This document shows, in pieces, positions 34,601-49,600 of a DNA stretch of 64,000 nt. The notes below the pieces were generated by a model. The model was not told the origin of the DNA. It made no database searches and saw only the letters and a program-made list of their open reading frames with translations. Source of the stretch: Botryllus schlosseri (lineage: Eukaryota); the NCBI GenBank assembly GCA_051294905.1, contig CM119382.1:11098001-11162000 (forward strand), written 5' to 3'. Numbering within the stretch: position 1 is the first letter of the stretch; every line of letters starts with the position of its first letter. The position numbers and the translations under genes were made by a program.

Positions 34601-37600
34601 ATAGACTGACATATATGTAGCCGCAGTAGTATAAATAGCCCACTATCATTAACATGCCCCAAGCATGTAAAACAGGACTATCGACATGTACTTATTACTC
34701 ATATGTTGACAGTGTTGATTAACTCTGTCTGACTATTGAAATGGAAGAGGAAGACTTTTTTAGGTTGACACCAGACTACAAATACGTTCACATGCTACAA
34801 AGTAACGTGTCAGAAGCTGTCCTTATTTCGATTTTGCAACTCACTCAACAAGACAGCTGTTATGAATCAGATATAATATTTCGTGAGCAGTAGGCTGCAC
34901 ATTAGAAATCGGTCCGAAATATTGTCATTTACTGCGCCGATGCATACTTTAGCCTCATCCAAAGAAATAAAAGTTTTGTGAAAACATTCTGGTTACAACA
35001 AGCGATTGAATAATTTTGATTGGGCCCAAGTTTCTAAAGTTTCTATGACACAGAATTGGGAAAACTTTATTTCCTTCAAAATTTTGCTCACACACCACAC
35101 CGCAAGCTGTAAGACATCCGAAAGAAAATTATACTCGCGATGATTCAAAAAATGTATGGTATACTCAAAATATGATTCATAAGTAATACGGAACTTAGCC
35201 AGCCGCGTAGAAAGCTTAAAATAAGGTACCGTATGTACTGTAAGTAAAATTATGCTCTAAACTACAAGTGAATGGTTATGCCTTTACATTTTCCGACATA
35301 ATATATTCACAAGTTAACATCCATACCAAATTTGGTGATGTAAATATGGCGACCTCGGCACACTCGTTTTATGTGTCATGAGCTAATTAATCCCATTTTC
35401 GGTCGTTACATTAGACTCTGTGATTAGGCTAGTTGACCCAAAAGGTTGTATTGATTGTTCCCTGCTGTGCTTGTGTTTTTTTATTCTTATTGTTGCGGTT
35501 TGTTTGTATGTTTGTTCCTCTATGTACTTTGGTTTGATGAAAATAAAGAGTGTTTCTCAAACAATTGAATTATGACAATGAACTCGGCCATTCGCACTGA
35601 TTCAATTTGAGCTCATTTTCGTTTTCTTTCAGTTGTTTTGGAACAGCTACCGACAAGCAACTACCAACAATACCAGCGAGTGGGCAGCATCTCGCAGACG
35701 CCTAACAATGCACAGACGACCGTCCTCGGCCAGACAGCCAACACCGGCCAGACAGTCGGCAACGAGCAGGCATCTAGAGATGGGCAGAGGGCCAGCAGCT
35801 TGCATCCTGCCCCACAAGAGCAGACGTCGCTCGAAAGCACGATTCTAGTGACAAAGTCGTCTTCGTTTGAAGATTTGGACAAGAAAGTTTCGAAAATTGA
35901 AAACCAGCTCACGCTTTTAAATTCGTTACCAAGCAATGCGGATATTATTGGACGAAAAAAGTGGGTGTTTTTGTTGAAATTGTGCAGTAACACAATGCTT
36001 TCTACTCATACTTCAGCAGATTTTCTATACGATATAAAATATACTTGTGAACTGTGCTTATGATGTCGGCGAATTCGTTTCCGGGCTAATTCCAATTCTA
36101 CAGTGTTAGGGACTAAAGTATTCACCTGTTTTTTCAGTCTAGTCAAGTGGAATGATGTTTCGGACAGTTTTACGTCATTTTTTATGAACAATACAGCCGC
36201 AGTATCACAGTCACCACAATATAGTCTCGTATTTATAGCGCAGACATTGTGTGTTATATATAAGAATATGCTACTTGGAATTTTGATAGCTTTGGTCTTT
36301 GGTGTGTCATCCCAAATTTTAGCCCGCCCTCGGAAATTCCTGTGTTTATGCCAGTGGCATCGGTGACTACCTCGATATACTGCAATTTTGGTGCCGTACT
36401 TCTTATTACGGCCGTAGTGCGTGAAAAGTTATGAAGCCCGAAAGGTATATTAAAGCTCATTGCATTCGTAAAAAGAAGTCTGGTCAATAGCGCAAACACG
36501 AAAATAGCACCACCGGTGCTTTATTGGTTGACACAAGTCTTTGCATACTTGTTTAACACATGTTACTGTCGATTTTACTACCCCAAAGTAGAAGCTGGGA
36601 TGTATACTGTCAACAAGGAATTCTCAATAGGATCCATATGGGGTCAGTATGATAGCATTTCTTGAGTAAAGCAACTCTATTTGCGTTGCTTATGCGCTAC
36701 ATCTACAATTCTACATACTGCCATTTATAAAGGTCTGATGCGATTGTTGGTGTACAATTTTTTTTCCAATTCTCTACTAGTTGCTGACGATTATCCCTGA
36801 TGAGTGTCAGCCGAAAACATTCGGGTTCATTTCAATATGATCTACTATGCAATTGTATACTGACGTTCTGTGCCTCCAAGAAGCTCTTGGTAAAGTTGTA
36901 TAATCTAAGTTATCGTAGATATTGTCCGGTAGAGTATAGTTTAAGGCAGTGCATGACCATCATCCATCGCGTTGTGTCTTGTGTATTGCATTGTACATTG
37001 TCTGTTTAAGTCAAATGAAAATATATAATCTGATTACTATTCTACCGTTGTATTCCTAGATCAAGCCATGGCGCTTCGGACCTTTGGCAACACATGACGA
37101 TGCAAAAGACAGTTCAAAATAACGAGACCGGCGTTACGCGGGTATGTGGAACAATGTCGTGTCATGAAATTTACCGCGATTGATAACACCAAACGACTTC
37201 TTCCAAAAACAACGCTTTCCCTGGCAGGCTCTTTCTCTGATTGACGATCTTCTCCAAGAAATGCAGGCGCTGAAGGACCAGCAGAGTAGACTGGGACGGG
37301 AGTTTCTGGATCTCAAAACCCAAATGTCGCAGGTATTTTTTTTTGCCGCATAAAACGTGAAAGGCACACTACAGCGATGATCAATCCTGAATTTAGGAAT
37401 ACGCTCCCCAATTATCGTCAACACCTATCATCATCCCATCCTTGATCATTTGAACTTGATTCGGTATATCCTTCTAATTCTCATCGATGTTATTGTGGAG
37501 ATAGCCAATGTACGCCATTGATGAATTGAAATTTGGTACTTTATTGGCTCGTAGGTTCTTACTAAAGTAGTGATGATGCGGTAAAAATTGTCTTTGAAAA

Positions 37601-40600
37601 CTTTTTCTTGATCCAAAGTAAGCCAAATGTAAACCTTGCCGCCTTATCGGTGTGCAGAATACGTTTTATATACTACTGTTTTTAATTTTGAATAGCACCG
37701 TGTACACTGTGCAATCTTTTGAATTGGCCTAAATTCTTCCAACACTGATATACCACTTACTTTGCTGACTTGAAAATTGGATTGCACGGTCCATTTGTGT
37801 TACATTTTTCCAGATGGGAAACACGGACGAAATTGAATCACGCATCAAAACGCTCGAGGATAACTTTAGCGAATTCGAAAAAATGCAAGAACAGTTGGTA
37901 AGCCCGCGATATTACTTTTCGCAAATGAAATTCCAGAACGTGGCGCCGACCAGTCCGGATGTTCGCACAAAGCCCGAGTAATATTCTCGCAAAATCCCGG
38001 CGTGTTTGTATTGTTGTAAGGAACAGGGGGCGGGCAGACAATGGCATTGAAACTTGAAATGGACGTTGACATTTAAGATAAAGCAATCTTGCCCGGACTC
38101 GCTTGTGTATATACGGATAAGGATTACGGTTTACAATAATGTTGATGAATTGGATTTGTGAGAAAAGAGGCATTTGAAAGGCACAGGGCGTAGCTTGTTA
38201 ATTTATGTTAGAGATCAGCAAGGTGCCTACGTTAGCTATCCCAGGTGTTCAATTTGAGATTTCTCTCATCAGTTATGCTGCCACCAACACATTGTCGGCC
38301 TACTGTGGCTCATCACTCCTGAATACGTACATCTACATACTGTTACTCTGCAAATTACTGATAAATTTATCCGGCAATATAGAAGTACAGCACCAACTAG
38401 TAAGTGTATACTTTCTAATGCCTTAAACCACCGCTTACTTTTTGTGTAGAATGTTGTCTATTCGTAGATCTCCTTCCTTCATCCGATTGATACTGTAACT
38501 ACCACTGGGGAGTTGTAATTTATCATTTTAATTTCATTTATCTGATTAACAAATAATCCTATTGATTACTGTGATTTTAAAGAGACCTTCCATTGTTCAT
38601 TGCTGTTGGTACCGACTGCTATTTTCACGTGCTACACTTTAGTGCTCCATCCTGACACTTGGACAAAAGCTTGCGAAAATGTACCTGCATTTTTTTCGAC
38701 AGATTTAATCCCCATGATCATGATTACCCTGTAGAATATCTATTACCTGAAGAGTACTCGAAGGTGCGAAGATGCGATGCTTTTTGAGCTGTGCTAATCT
38801 GGAAAGAACTTGTACGATGTTTATTTGTGTTCTGTTCCGCTCAACAGGATGAATTGGCCAAAAAGCTCGGACAATATCCCGACGCATCAGAATTTGACAC
38901 TTTCATCACATGGCCGGTGCTGGAGGAAGCTTTGAGCCAGCATATGAAAAAGATGGAAGAATTACAGCAATCTCGGGTAACGACAGTTACATTAATGCTA
39001 CTGAATTTCATAAGAACTGGGCGAAATAGCCGGTGTATCACTGCATTCTTCGGTGCTTTGCGCTGCTGTTGGATTGATATCAGGGTTGTAACCAAGTCAT
39101 CAATTCCCGAGTCACTAGTCAATCTCACTTTTATTGTTCTGACTCGGGTCAAGTCCGGTCATTTCAATTCACCACCAAGTCAGTCCGATTACAAGTCAGT
39201 GAGTAGAGGGTCGAGTCCGAGTCATCATGTTCACTGTTCAGTTTTGAGTTCACTCCGGTTCAACCCACTTTTTTCAACTCTGCAGTGATATAGAATGGCT
39301 CTGATTCATAATATCGTAATTTTACTCAGTCCCAACAGTTTCTGGCCCTATTTTCCAAGTATCAGGACTGATTGACAAAATACCAATAATGTGGTGACTT
39401 TACTATTCTTCGAAGTTACAATGAACTGTCTGTCTTGGTCGTCTTAGTCTCGAATCATATGACTCGGTTCGAGTCATGCACAATGACTCAAGTGCAAGTC
39501 GAGTCCATACACAAATTGACTCGAGTCGAGTCAATTTACGCATTTGAAAAAAAGACGAATCGCAAAAAAAATCGCGACTCTGATTGATTTATGAGGGCTA
39601 TAGGAGTTCCCTTTTATGGCAAAAATTGCTGAAAAGTTGTGTCTCTTGAACTCCAATACCCTCATATATGATTGGAGCACTAGTTTCTTACTTTGATTAC
39701 TACCGCTAATTTAAAAATCTAGTTGAAATATGTCATATCTTGACATTGGCAGAAAATATTGGCATCAGCTCATAATCATGGTGTAGGTCGGGCTCCAGTT
39801 TCAAGCACCCGTTAGTTTACTGATTTTATTACTCCGCGGGAGTTTTATTATAAATAAACTCAATTACTACCGCTAATGAAAAGTTCTAGCTTACATATGT
39901 CATATGTTGACATTGGCAGAAAATAAAGGCTCATAATTATGATGTTGTTAGGGCTCCAGTTTCAAGACTGCCATCTTGCGTGCAGATGCTTAATCGCATT
40001 ACGTTATCTCTCTAGTTGCCACAAGACCCGACGAATGAAGCGTTGTCATTGAAGAAGACGTCAAGCCCGAGCAGTTCAAGGCTGAGCTCAGCGAAAGAAA
40101 AGTTTCCGCAAGCCACCGATATGCTCGAACGCATTGGGTCGCTGGCTGATAAACACACAATAATGGAAGGGAGATTGGACGTTGTGGAGGTAAGGGGACA
40201 TTACAACTTACAATTATACGATGGGGATTATGGTCAAGGGTGGTCAGTAAGGAAGTACTTCTACATTTTCAGAGTACTTAAGTTGATTTTGCCTACTTTC
40301 ATGACTTTATGCTACTTCCTCTGAACTACTTTGCCACCTCTCGCGGTGAATCGAAAGGTGCCGTCGTAGCAAATCAAAGAGAGAACCATACTAGAAATAG
40401 GTTATAGCATGCGTTTTAAATCACTCAGACTTTACATTTTGCGCAATACTTGATCAGAGTTGCAGTAAAAAGTGTCATGGAAAAATAGTAAAAGTTGCAA
40501 GATAAAATTCCCGCAAACAGCTTAAAACATCATACCACATAAATTCCGAGTATTTAGGAAGCTCCCGGAAGCTGTAAAAAAAGTTACAAAATATATATAT

Positions 40601-43600
40601 GGTAAGGATGAATTACAAAGCTCAAATTTGTACCTTGTACACAATCAGCAAATATCAGCCATACAAAATATTCATATTTATTAACCATACCTATAACTAT
40701 ATAACGCTTTGTTACAATTTCGCTGCACAATAAAGTCATTTCTGTGGATTTACTTACCCTCAGACTACGTGGTTTCGATGTTGTGAATCATTACGATCAA
40801 GCCTCAACTCGGATACCATTACTCAAAATGTTATCTGGAATATATTCATTAGGTTCATTCCATAGTTGTGGAACTATTCCAATTACTTTTTACTTTACAA
40901 AATCCAATCGATTCAACTAGTATATTAATTTGAAACTAACCCGAATATTTTCGGCTGACACTCGTCAAGGGTAATCGTCTGCAACTAGTAGAAAATTGGA
41001 AAGAACATTGTATATCAACTGTTATATCAACAAATATGGCGTCACCGGCATGGAATTTCAATCTCGCCTAGATTATACGGGTTTCTTTCAATGTGAATAA
41101 ACTATGTAAATGTATATCGATGTTCTGTACCTCCAAGAAGCTCTTAAAATCCAAAGTGTAAAAAAGCGAGTTGGAAATAGTCTGAAAACATATCCAGTAG
41201 TACTCCAAAACAGTAGAAGTACTCCGTTACTGACTTCATTACTGTATTTACCTGCTCTGGGTTTGTATATCATTTATTCATATTTTCCTCACAGGATACA
41301 CTGCCGACAAAGGCCGACAAGTCAGATCTGGAAGGATTGGGTAAGGACGGCGGTGTTAACTTGCTGAATGTGTGGCGTTAAATTTCTGTTTTCTTTCAGG
41401 CGGCTCGGTGGAAATACCGGAAGATCTACTCGATCAGCTCAATGCGCTGAAGGACGCCGTCAACGCTCTGGAAAATAACAGGGAACAGGTGCCTGGAACT
41501 GTTTATTTTATCTAATATCATTTTCAAAATCATATGTAGCATGCCTAACTCGAGGCACTATGTAAGCAAATGTAGGTAGCCTGTAATATGTGTAAGTCTG
41601 GGCTCCTTATTGGTTGTAAATTTACGTTGTAATCAAATGTAATATCCCGGCATTTAGTCCTTAGCTTTTGTGAAGTTAATGCGACACCTGTAGTGGATCT
41701 TTAGAATATATCGGCCATAGAAAGTTGCAATAGTTGCAGCAGGTACTCATGAGTCTCATACTGAGATGAGAGATACGCAAGTTCACGTAGGCAAGTATTA
41801 TAATGCATGACCTTATTATAAGAGACTGCTGTTACCTACATTACTGTACCAAGCCTGACAATGATGAGTTTAATGTTTTTGTACAGTGTTTGCATACCGT
41901 CTGCGTTAAATCTGACTTAAACTAGGGTTTGAAGCTAGGCAATAGTCAAACGCCACCTTTTCGACTTGGTAGGATTCGCGTTTCGCAAGAATACAACACT
42001 GAGACCAACTGTGCCCATACAGTGGCGCATTACGTAGGCAAAGAATGGAGTATTACTACCAACAAACTTTCTCCATAGCTACATTTGTGAACAATACTAC
42101 TTTGAGGCCATGTGCTGGTCGGACACTCTTGACTTTATAATGTGCAATAGGCACGATTTAATTTTAGCTTGTCCATACTGCCATTTTCTTTGAAAATGCA
42201 TGCGTCCCACATCGATGGAGCCGGAATTCATTAAAAATTCTTGGAATAACATTCATTTGATTTGATGGAACCGGCGTATCCCGGTGTCAGAGGATATCCA
42301 ATGTCTTTATATTCCTCAATGACACATTCGCTTCTTAGTATTGTATGTAATACGAGAATGTAAACGATGTCGGCCATTGTAGCTGTATTTATAGCGCATA
42401 GTTTTAAGGGTGTGGTATCCATTTTCATGTTTTAAATCATAAGTTCAGCGGGAACATGCTCAATTTTTTAGGAAGTGTTGCTGATCTATATTTAGGGTTC
42501 ACAAATCCTCCATGACATCATAGTCATCTTTACAATCGATATGTTGGCTATCTTTTAGGTATTGTCTTCCAATTCTGAACCGGCATTGCAGCCACCACTC
42601 ACATTTAGAGGTTGTTTTTTGTTTAACATCTGTTATCAATTGAGTTTGCATTCATTACAATGGTACGTAATATGCAGTTTTTATGCCAATTTGGTATCAT
42701 TGAGACACTTGTGAAACAGTACTTCTGAACACACTTGAATTACCGTATTTGTACAAAACTTTACCAACATACGTCTCCAGTATTTGGAATCTATGCGATT
42801 CCATCCAAAAATCGTTTACTAGTTGATAGTTATTAATGTCAAAATATTTTTAGCGGGAAAGAATAACTCTTATCAAGTACGGTAATAAATTAGCCTAGCT
42901 AACTAGCCATCACCAATTTCGAAACTATAGCCTTATTAAGACATTTTCGAGCAAAACATGATGCCAAACAAATAAAAATGTGTATAACACCCAGTAATGT
43001 TATGCGATCTTTGCTGGATTGGCTTGTCGAAGCTCCTTTTAACAACCAATGGTAGACCGTCTACCATCAAGTACCCAGTCATTCAGACAATCACAAATTT
43101 TCGGTCGCATGTATATTTTTTGCATCCTAGAATATGAATACGCCTACCCTAATTTTGCTACCGCAGGGGTTCTCGATACTTTTTTTCAGCGCGGACCCCT
43201 TCATTTTTGGGAGGTCGTGTGTACCCCCTAACCTCTAAATTAGGGAGCCTTATGACTAAAAAGGGTTATCACTTTCGCCCAGTCCTAATCACAGTCTAGT
43301 TGCCGTCTGGTCTAGTTAATGCCTAAATAAACTTCATGACTAAATAAAAAAGGGAGGTACCACTGTATTCGAAGTTAACACAGTTACAAACTTGTTCAGA
43401 TAAAGGACGTAGTGCAGATGCAGCAGGAAAGCATAGACAACATGCTAACTTTCAAGGGCGGCCTGCCACTGTTTTCCGACGAGGAAAGCTCAGGCTATGA
43501 GTCGTCTGCCGGAGGTTCTCACATGGAGTTGAGGAAGTTAGAAATTGCGTGCCACAGGCTTGGGTCTAAACTCAACGCTTTGGCGAAGTAAGTTGGAGAG

Positions 43601-46600
43601 ATAGCGAGTTTCCAGTTAGTCAAAGGCACTGCAGCCGTTGAGTCGTAATGTAGGCTGGGCAAAGCCGTCGAATGCTCTTAATAGATTTATTTAATTCAAC
43701 ATATATGTAGGATGTATCCAGACAGAGTAATATTATCCAATCTCAACTTGCTCACATTGTTAGATTAAGTTAATTTTATGAAGTGGGCTTCTGGTGGTAC
43801 AAAACTTCACTATTATAACAAACAATATATTCATATTGCTAAATTTATCCATTCTAAGCTTTTCGACTGACTCATCAGGAACGGACGTCAAAAAATGTGG
43901 TTAACCAAATTCGAAATATAGAAAATAATTTTGTTGTGATGTAACAATGATTAGAGACAGAATCGATAATGGCATATAATAACACACAGTTATACCAGAG
44001 ACAAATTTGTCTATATAAGTAACTGAATAACAGCAACAGATATGAAATATTCCCAGAGTATATCAAGATACTTTTGAGATACAGAACTTCACTATGCAAT
44101 TGAATGGTATGTTCAATCCCAAAGTATATAACATCTCAGTACATAAGAAGTAAGCAGTGTGAGTAAGCAAACACTGCTTGACTACTCCAAAAATTTGAAA
44201 GTAGGTCACTTTGCCTCTGACCACCTTTGTTGAATATTTTGTGGCCTTTTTCCGCCGCGTAGTCAGAGTAGTAACTCAGAGAATTTCAGGCAGTTGAGCG
44301 AAGTGAACATTTCCCTACAAACGCGAGTGGACGAGAACAAAAGCTCGGTTTCCGGGTTGTCCAATCAGCTGACGGATTTCGAGAAAAAGCTCCAGGAGCT
44401 GTCGGAGATGAATAAGAACGTGAACAACACCATCACGCTGCTGAAACACAAAACAGAGAGGGCGATAACACCGGAGGAGCCAAAGATTGTCGAGTCGTTG
44501 TTGTCGACAAAATCTTCGAGGTTGAAGAAACAGGTGCGACTCGGTGATTTAAGTTTGAGCTCAGTTCAGGTTATTTAGAATTTAAATATATCAAACACCA
44601 CGAGATTGCGATACAATGAATAGATGAGAAGGCGTAGAACTACTTGCTGAATTCAATCAATTGAACTCCCACCCTGGCCTGCAAATCAGTAAGAAAAGAA
44701 AGAACGTGATTAAAGGGGCATGCACCGCGCAGTGCGCACTCATAACGAAAGAGCCTACACAATTATACGAAAATGGGCAGGTGATGAAGGGTCACAATAC
44801 ATCACTGGTTACAGGCAAAGTTGATCCTGCAATCTCAATATGCAGGCTAGTGTTTAGCAAGCCGTCCGTGTCTGATTGTTTGAAAATACAGAGGACTCGA
44901 GTGGGTAATGCGAAAAATTTGTCCGTTTTTGAGGCAAAAAAGTTTTTTTCAGGCCAAACTACTTCGTAAGGACAGACAGTTCCAATCAGAAATGAAGATA
45001 AGTAGTACAATTCTAAATTATGTGGGAAAACACCTAATTTGCATACGTCAGGTCAAGTTTGGTCAAAATTAGGATTTTTAAGGTCAAAAAATGTCAGAAA
45101 TTTGAGTTTTAGGTCAAAATCTTCCGTTTTTTAGGTCATAAAAATCGCCCTAATATTAACTAATTCATTTGCTGTACTAGGAACCATGTATTTCAATACT
45201 CGTTAAATAAGGCTAATTTTAAATCATCAATTGTTTTGGGACAAAGTCTAACTAGTTAATTATATGCATGCAATTATGCAAGTGTTCTCTCGCCATATCT
45301 CAATTATACTCAATTACCGGCATGAATTTTCTGATTACACAGGATGACTACCGCACTGCTATGTAGTGTCTCTATTGTAGGAACCTTCAGCTATTTCTTT
45401 TAATAACGGGGCAATGTAGACAGTCGAAATAGTTTCTTTGTAAAAGTCTTTTCGTTTATAGCGACAGAGCTAGACTGCTATTGTTGTTTATTCAATCCAA
45501 TCTCACATTGCCAATTTTGTGCATAGGCCTAGTCTGATTTTTGACAAAAAAATACCTTTTACATGTAAGTAAAGAGATTTTATCATGTTTTAAATTAAAC
45601 AAGTTTCAAGTTTCCTTGCTACACAATGAAAAATGTTCCCATTTTTTATGCTCACACTACAAAATCCGAAGAGTAACTTTGGAATGCTCAAGATGAATAT
45701 GGACACAAGAAATCTGGTTTTAACAGTCATTATCTGGTGTGAGGAATCACACAAATTCGCTGTTATGAACCCGAAAATTGACTTCTGACACACTCGATAC
45801 ATTCTGTATGACTTGTTTTGTATATCAGGATCGATAATGAAACAATAGGCCCAAAAACGATCTTTCGTCGATATGAATAAACATATTCAGAGAATAATGA
45901 GTACGTTATAAATCCGTGGCCTTCGATATCGCCCAAGATTTTCACAGAAGTGGGTTGATCCTGACTTGAAGTCGATACTGAACATTAAACAACATGACTC
46001 GAACTGATTGATCCCTCACTTTTAACAGGACTCCGACGCAATATCCGGAATACAAACATCGCTGCTTAACCTACAAGCCGAAATGGAAAAACTCGCCCGT
46101 CTCATCGATTCCGCCTTGGAAGAGCATAAAGAAAAACAGAAGCACATCGACGTATGCGCAGCGGTCAAAGTAACACTTATAAGCTCACTGTTATAATCGA
46201 AAATTTTGCAGACGCTATACGGACACACGGAAAAGCTCAGCGAGACGAAGGCCGACAAGGAAAACGTTCGAATGGAAATAGACGTGGTTAGTAGCCTACT
46301 TTTTATTTTATTATCTACTACAAATGTGATGTTGAGATGTTCCTATCCACTTGATGTTATTCCACCATGAGCAAATTTCAGAATGGAACGTTTTTCAAAC
46401 TCCGAGTACCAGCACTCAATACCCGAGTCTTGTATTGACTTAGTGCTTTGAGCCAAGTAGGGACAGTAAACTTTGTTGATATCTTGAATTGATGTAACGT
46501 ATACGCAGCGATTCATTACGTTTGTCATAGTGTCCAAAAGATACAAGCAATGAATGAGAGGGTATTTCTGTCATGTTACAAAAGCCAAATCTTGATTGTT

Positions 46601-49600
46601 TGCAGACTATAATGCCACGGGCAGCAATATTTATAATGAATTGATATTATTATAATTTCTCAGGATAAGACACTGGAATTCATGTTTGTCTATAAACATG
46701 GACATCATCCCATTGTGTGTTTACTGAATTGGGTTGTCAGATTTTTTGTCAAAATATCAAAATCTGTGCCACCTGGATTAGTATGGAGGCAACTGAATGA
46801 GTGATTTGTTGAGTTTGTAGAAAGGATATCTGCTGGATTGTACTTCTGTAAGCTTTATGCTACAGCTACAGTATACTGTAGGCCTACATTTGAGTATTCT
46901 TCAGAGCTATCAATATCCTTACACCGTAACATTCGTCACTATGACAGCTCAAGTTATAGTGTACTATATAACTCTGAGTAATTGAGCATGCAAGTATCCC
47001 TCTCATCAGCTGCATTTCTACTACTAGAATACTTCTGCAGTCTAATTTATTCTTGGGTTTCACTTTTCCCACAGAAAGCCGACAAGAGAACAGTAGATAT
47101 GAAAGTCAACACCGCCGATTTCGACTCGGCTACTTCGGCGATCACCAAGAGCCTGGACGAAATGCTCGAAAAACTCCTCGGACAAGTAATGATATGTTTT
47201 GATACGTAATAGGGAACGTTAGTGATTGAAATCTGTCTTTTTTTCAACGTCCCAGGAAGGAAATTGGCAGAAAGCATTGAAAAAGTTGTCTGCCGATGTC
47301 GACGGCAAGCTGGATAGGTTGGAATTGGAGAATCTGAAATTACATCTTGAAAATAGGTGGGAACTTTTCTGATTTCAACGTGCCTTTCCTGGCGTGCATA
47401 TGACCACTTACTCTGTCTTGATTTTGGCCATGGTTTTACACAGATACATGAGCAGTGTCCCTGACTAACTCTAACAACAATATATCAGCATTGATCTTTT
47501 GTGATTTATCAGTAAAATTCATAAAAATAACGAGATCTGGTGACACTGAATGCTTTAAACATAAATCCGAGCAGTCATGATCGAGACGAAAAACATTGCT
47601 GGTTTTGCACTTTACATTTGAGGTCATTTGATTACTATAGTCAGCTACTCACACTAGACCCATTTCTTTAGCTACTGTACTCTCGATAGATAGCAGTATT
47701 GTAGGCTTTTATAAGTCACTGCATTCACAATTAGGACAGCGATAATGAATGTGGTTGAGCCCCGAAACTTTGGTAGGAATTCAAATGCAACTTGGTCAGA
47801 CTCAAACCTCGAACCCATTTGTGGGTGCTGTATCATTGAACATTGGACAGCAATTACAGTAAAGTTGAATTCCGCCATACTGTAATTTAGAAGCACACAT
47901 ATTTGAATGAATTTTAATAAATTATTGGCCGATATCTGCGGATTTTCACCGATGCTGATGTTTGTATCATATCGGCCAATCTATAGGCAAAAATATAGAG
48001 AATTGCATTCGTGTCTACTAGAATGAAAGCAATGAAGAAATTGATCGAGAAACACCAGCCTCAAGAAGTATACAATGAAGGTGACGATGCCGCCGGTTTC
48101 CGCAAGCAATTACTTCAAAACTACCATTGTATCTCGTGCGATCGGCCTGTCGAGCTGACTCAGGGAGGGTAAGTTAAACTATTGTACTCACGGCTCGGCC
48201 GGTCTTTAACGGTGTACTTTGTAACATTTATTTTGCATGCTTTACAGTTTCCAACGCTACAACATAATAAAAAAGACGTGATTTTTGATTTGCAGGCCTA
48301 TGCCGTCCATACCGGGCACTGCCGGACTTCCCGCGACAAAATCCGTGAGACCCTACACTTCTTTCGAACTCGATCAAATAAGGCAGCAAGCTAGAGGGTG
48401 AGATATTTGCGTAACTCCTAAATCAATTTGTCTCTCAGTGGAAAGATTCAAAATGATGAAGTTTCTGACAATGTTGCGTTTTATTCCTCAAAGATTGAAG
48501 CAAATGGATTGCTTTCCGAGCAGTTTTAGGCGTTTCAACTCTGTGCAGAATAGTAATTTGGATTCAAATATAGCTTTACATCGACAGTATGAGCGTAGTC
48601 AAGTTGTTTTGGAATGGATTTGTGATATTTTCCTCTATTTACGTGAATAATTACATGACTTTACACTTGAATCAGATAACTGGCCGGCGTTTCAATCCGA
48701 CTTCCTATAACTTGTTGTGTGGTACCATACACAAGTGTCATTTTCGAGCAACGATGGCTGCCAAGTTTTGAGAGAGGATCCTGAAACATAAGATAATTTA
48801 TTGCCGTATATTGTGATTATCTCACCGTTACACTAGGACGCTGTACAGTAGGGCTAGCAATGAGCATCAAGATTAGAGCTGGGAGCTGATACTAGCAGTA
48901 ATTGTAATACAAGTATGATGAAGTCCTTGGAAAGGCCCAATACCAATATTTCTTCAGAGTCAGAAATGCTTATTATATGCCCAAAAGATTTAGCTCTGTT
49001 TATTTCCAATTGCAAAGTTAAAATATTGTAAAGACAGGTAGCTACTGCAGTTAATACACATACATTTGAATAAGGATAGAGAATTGAACCATACTATTCG
49101 CCTCAAGGTTTGTGTTAAATACTCTATCTTTCAGTGCCATGCCGATCGGACGGAACTCTACCAATTTCCGGGCAGCTTTGGAAGAGAGGGAGATCGCCAG
49201 GCTTAGAAAGCTAGATCAGTTAGCGTACAAAACGCACTACCCGCACAGCGAGACGCCGCTACCTAAAAAGATGTGAGAACCGGCATTAGTACCGTGTTTG
49301 TGCTGTTTAGGCAGGAGAGAGTTTGAGTTGGATTCTCGGTGTTAGTTCGGTTGAAGCTGTTTTCTGTCATAATCTCAGAGTGGTGAATTCACGCGGGTGA
49401 TCTGGTGACGAGTACCATTTACTTTTCAGAGAAACGGAAGAAGAATATCTGCTGCCGTCTGGCCGAAGCTGCGGTGGTGGTTATACCCTCACGTACCCAC
49501 ACAGACGTTACACCAGGCTCACACATCTGAGGTCAGTACTTCAAGTACTGAGGTCTATTCAGAAATCCTCACCATAATAAGCGAATGTTTGACATGATAT

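Noticed and set aside
34740-34892. Short [23 protein letters not shown]... in intron 2 of the DUF4795 gene
   Set aside because: No good acceptor; exons 2 and 3 already join in phase without it
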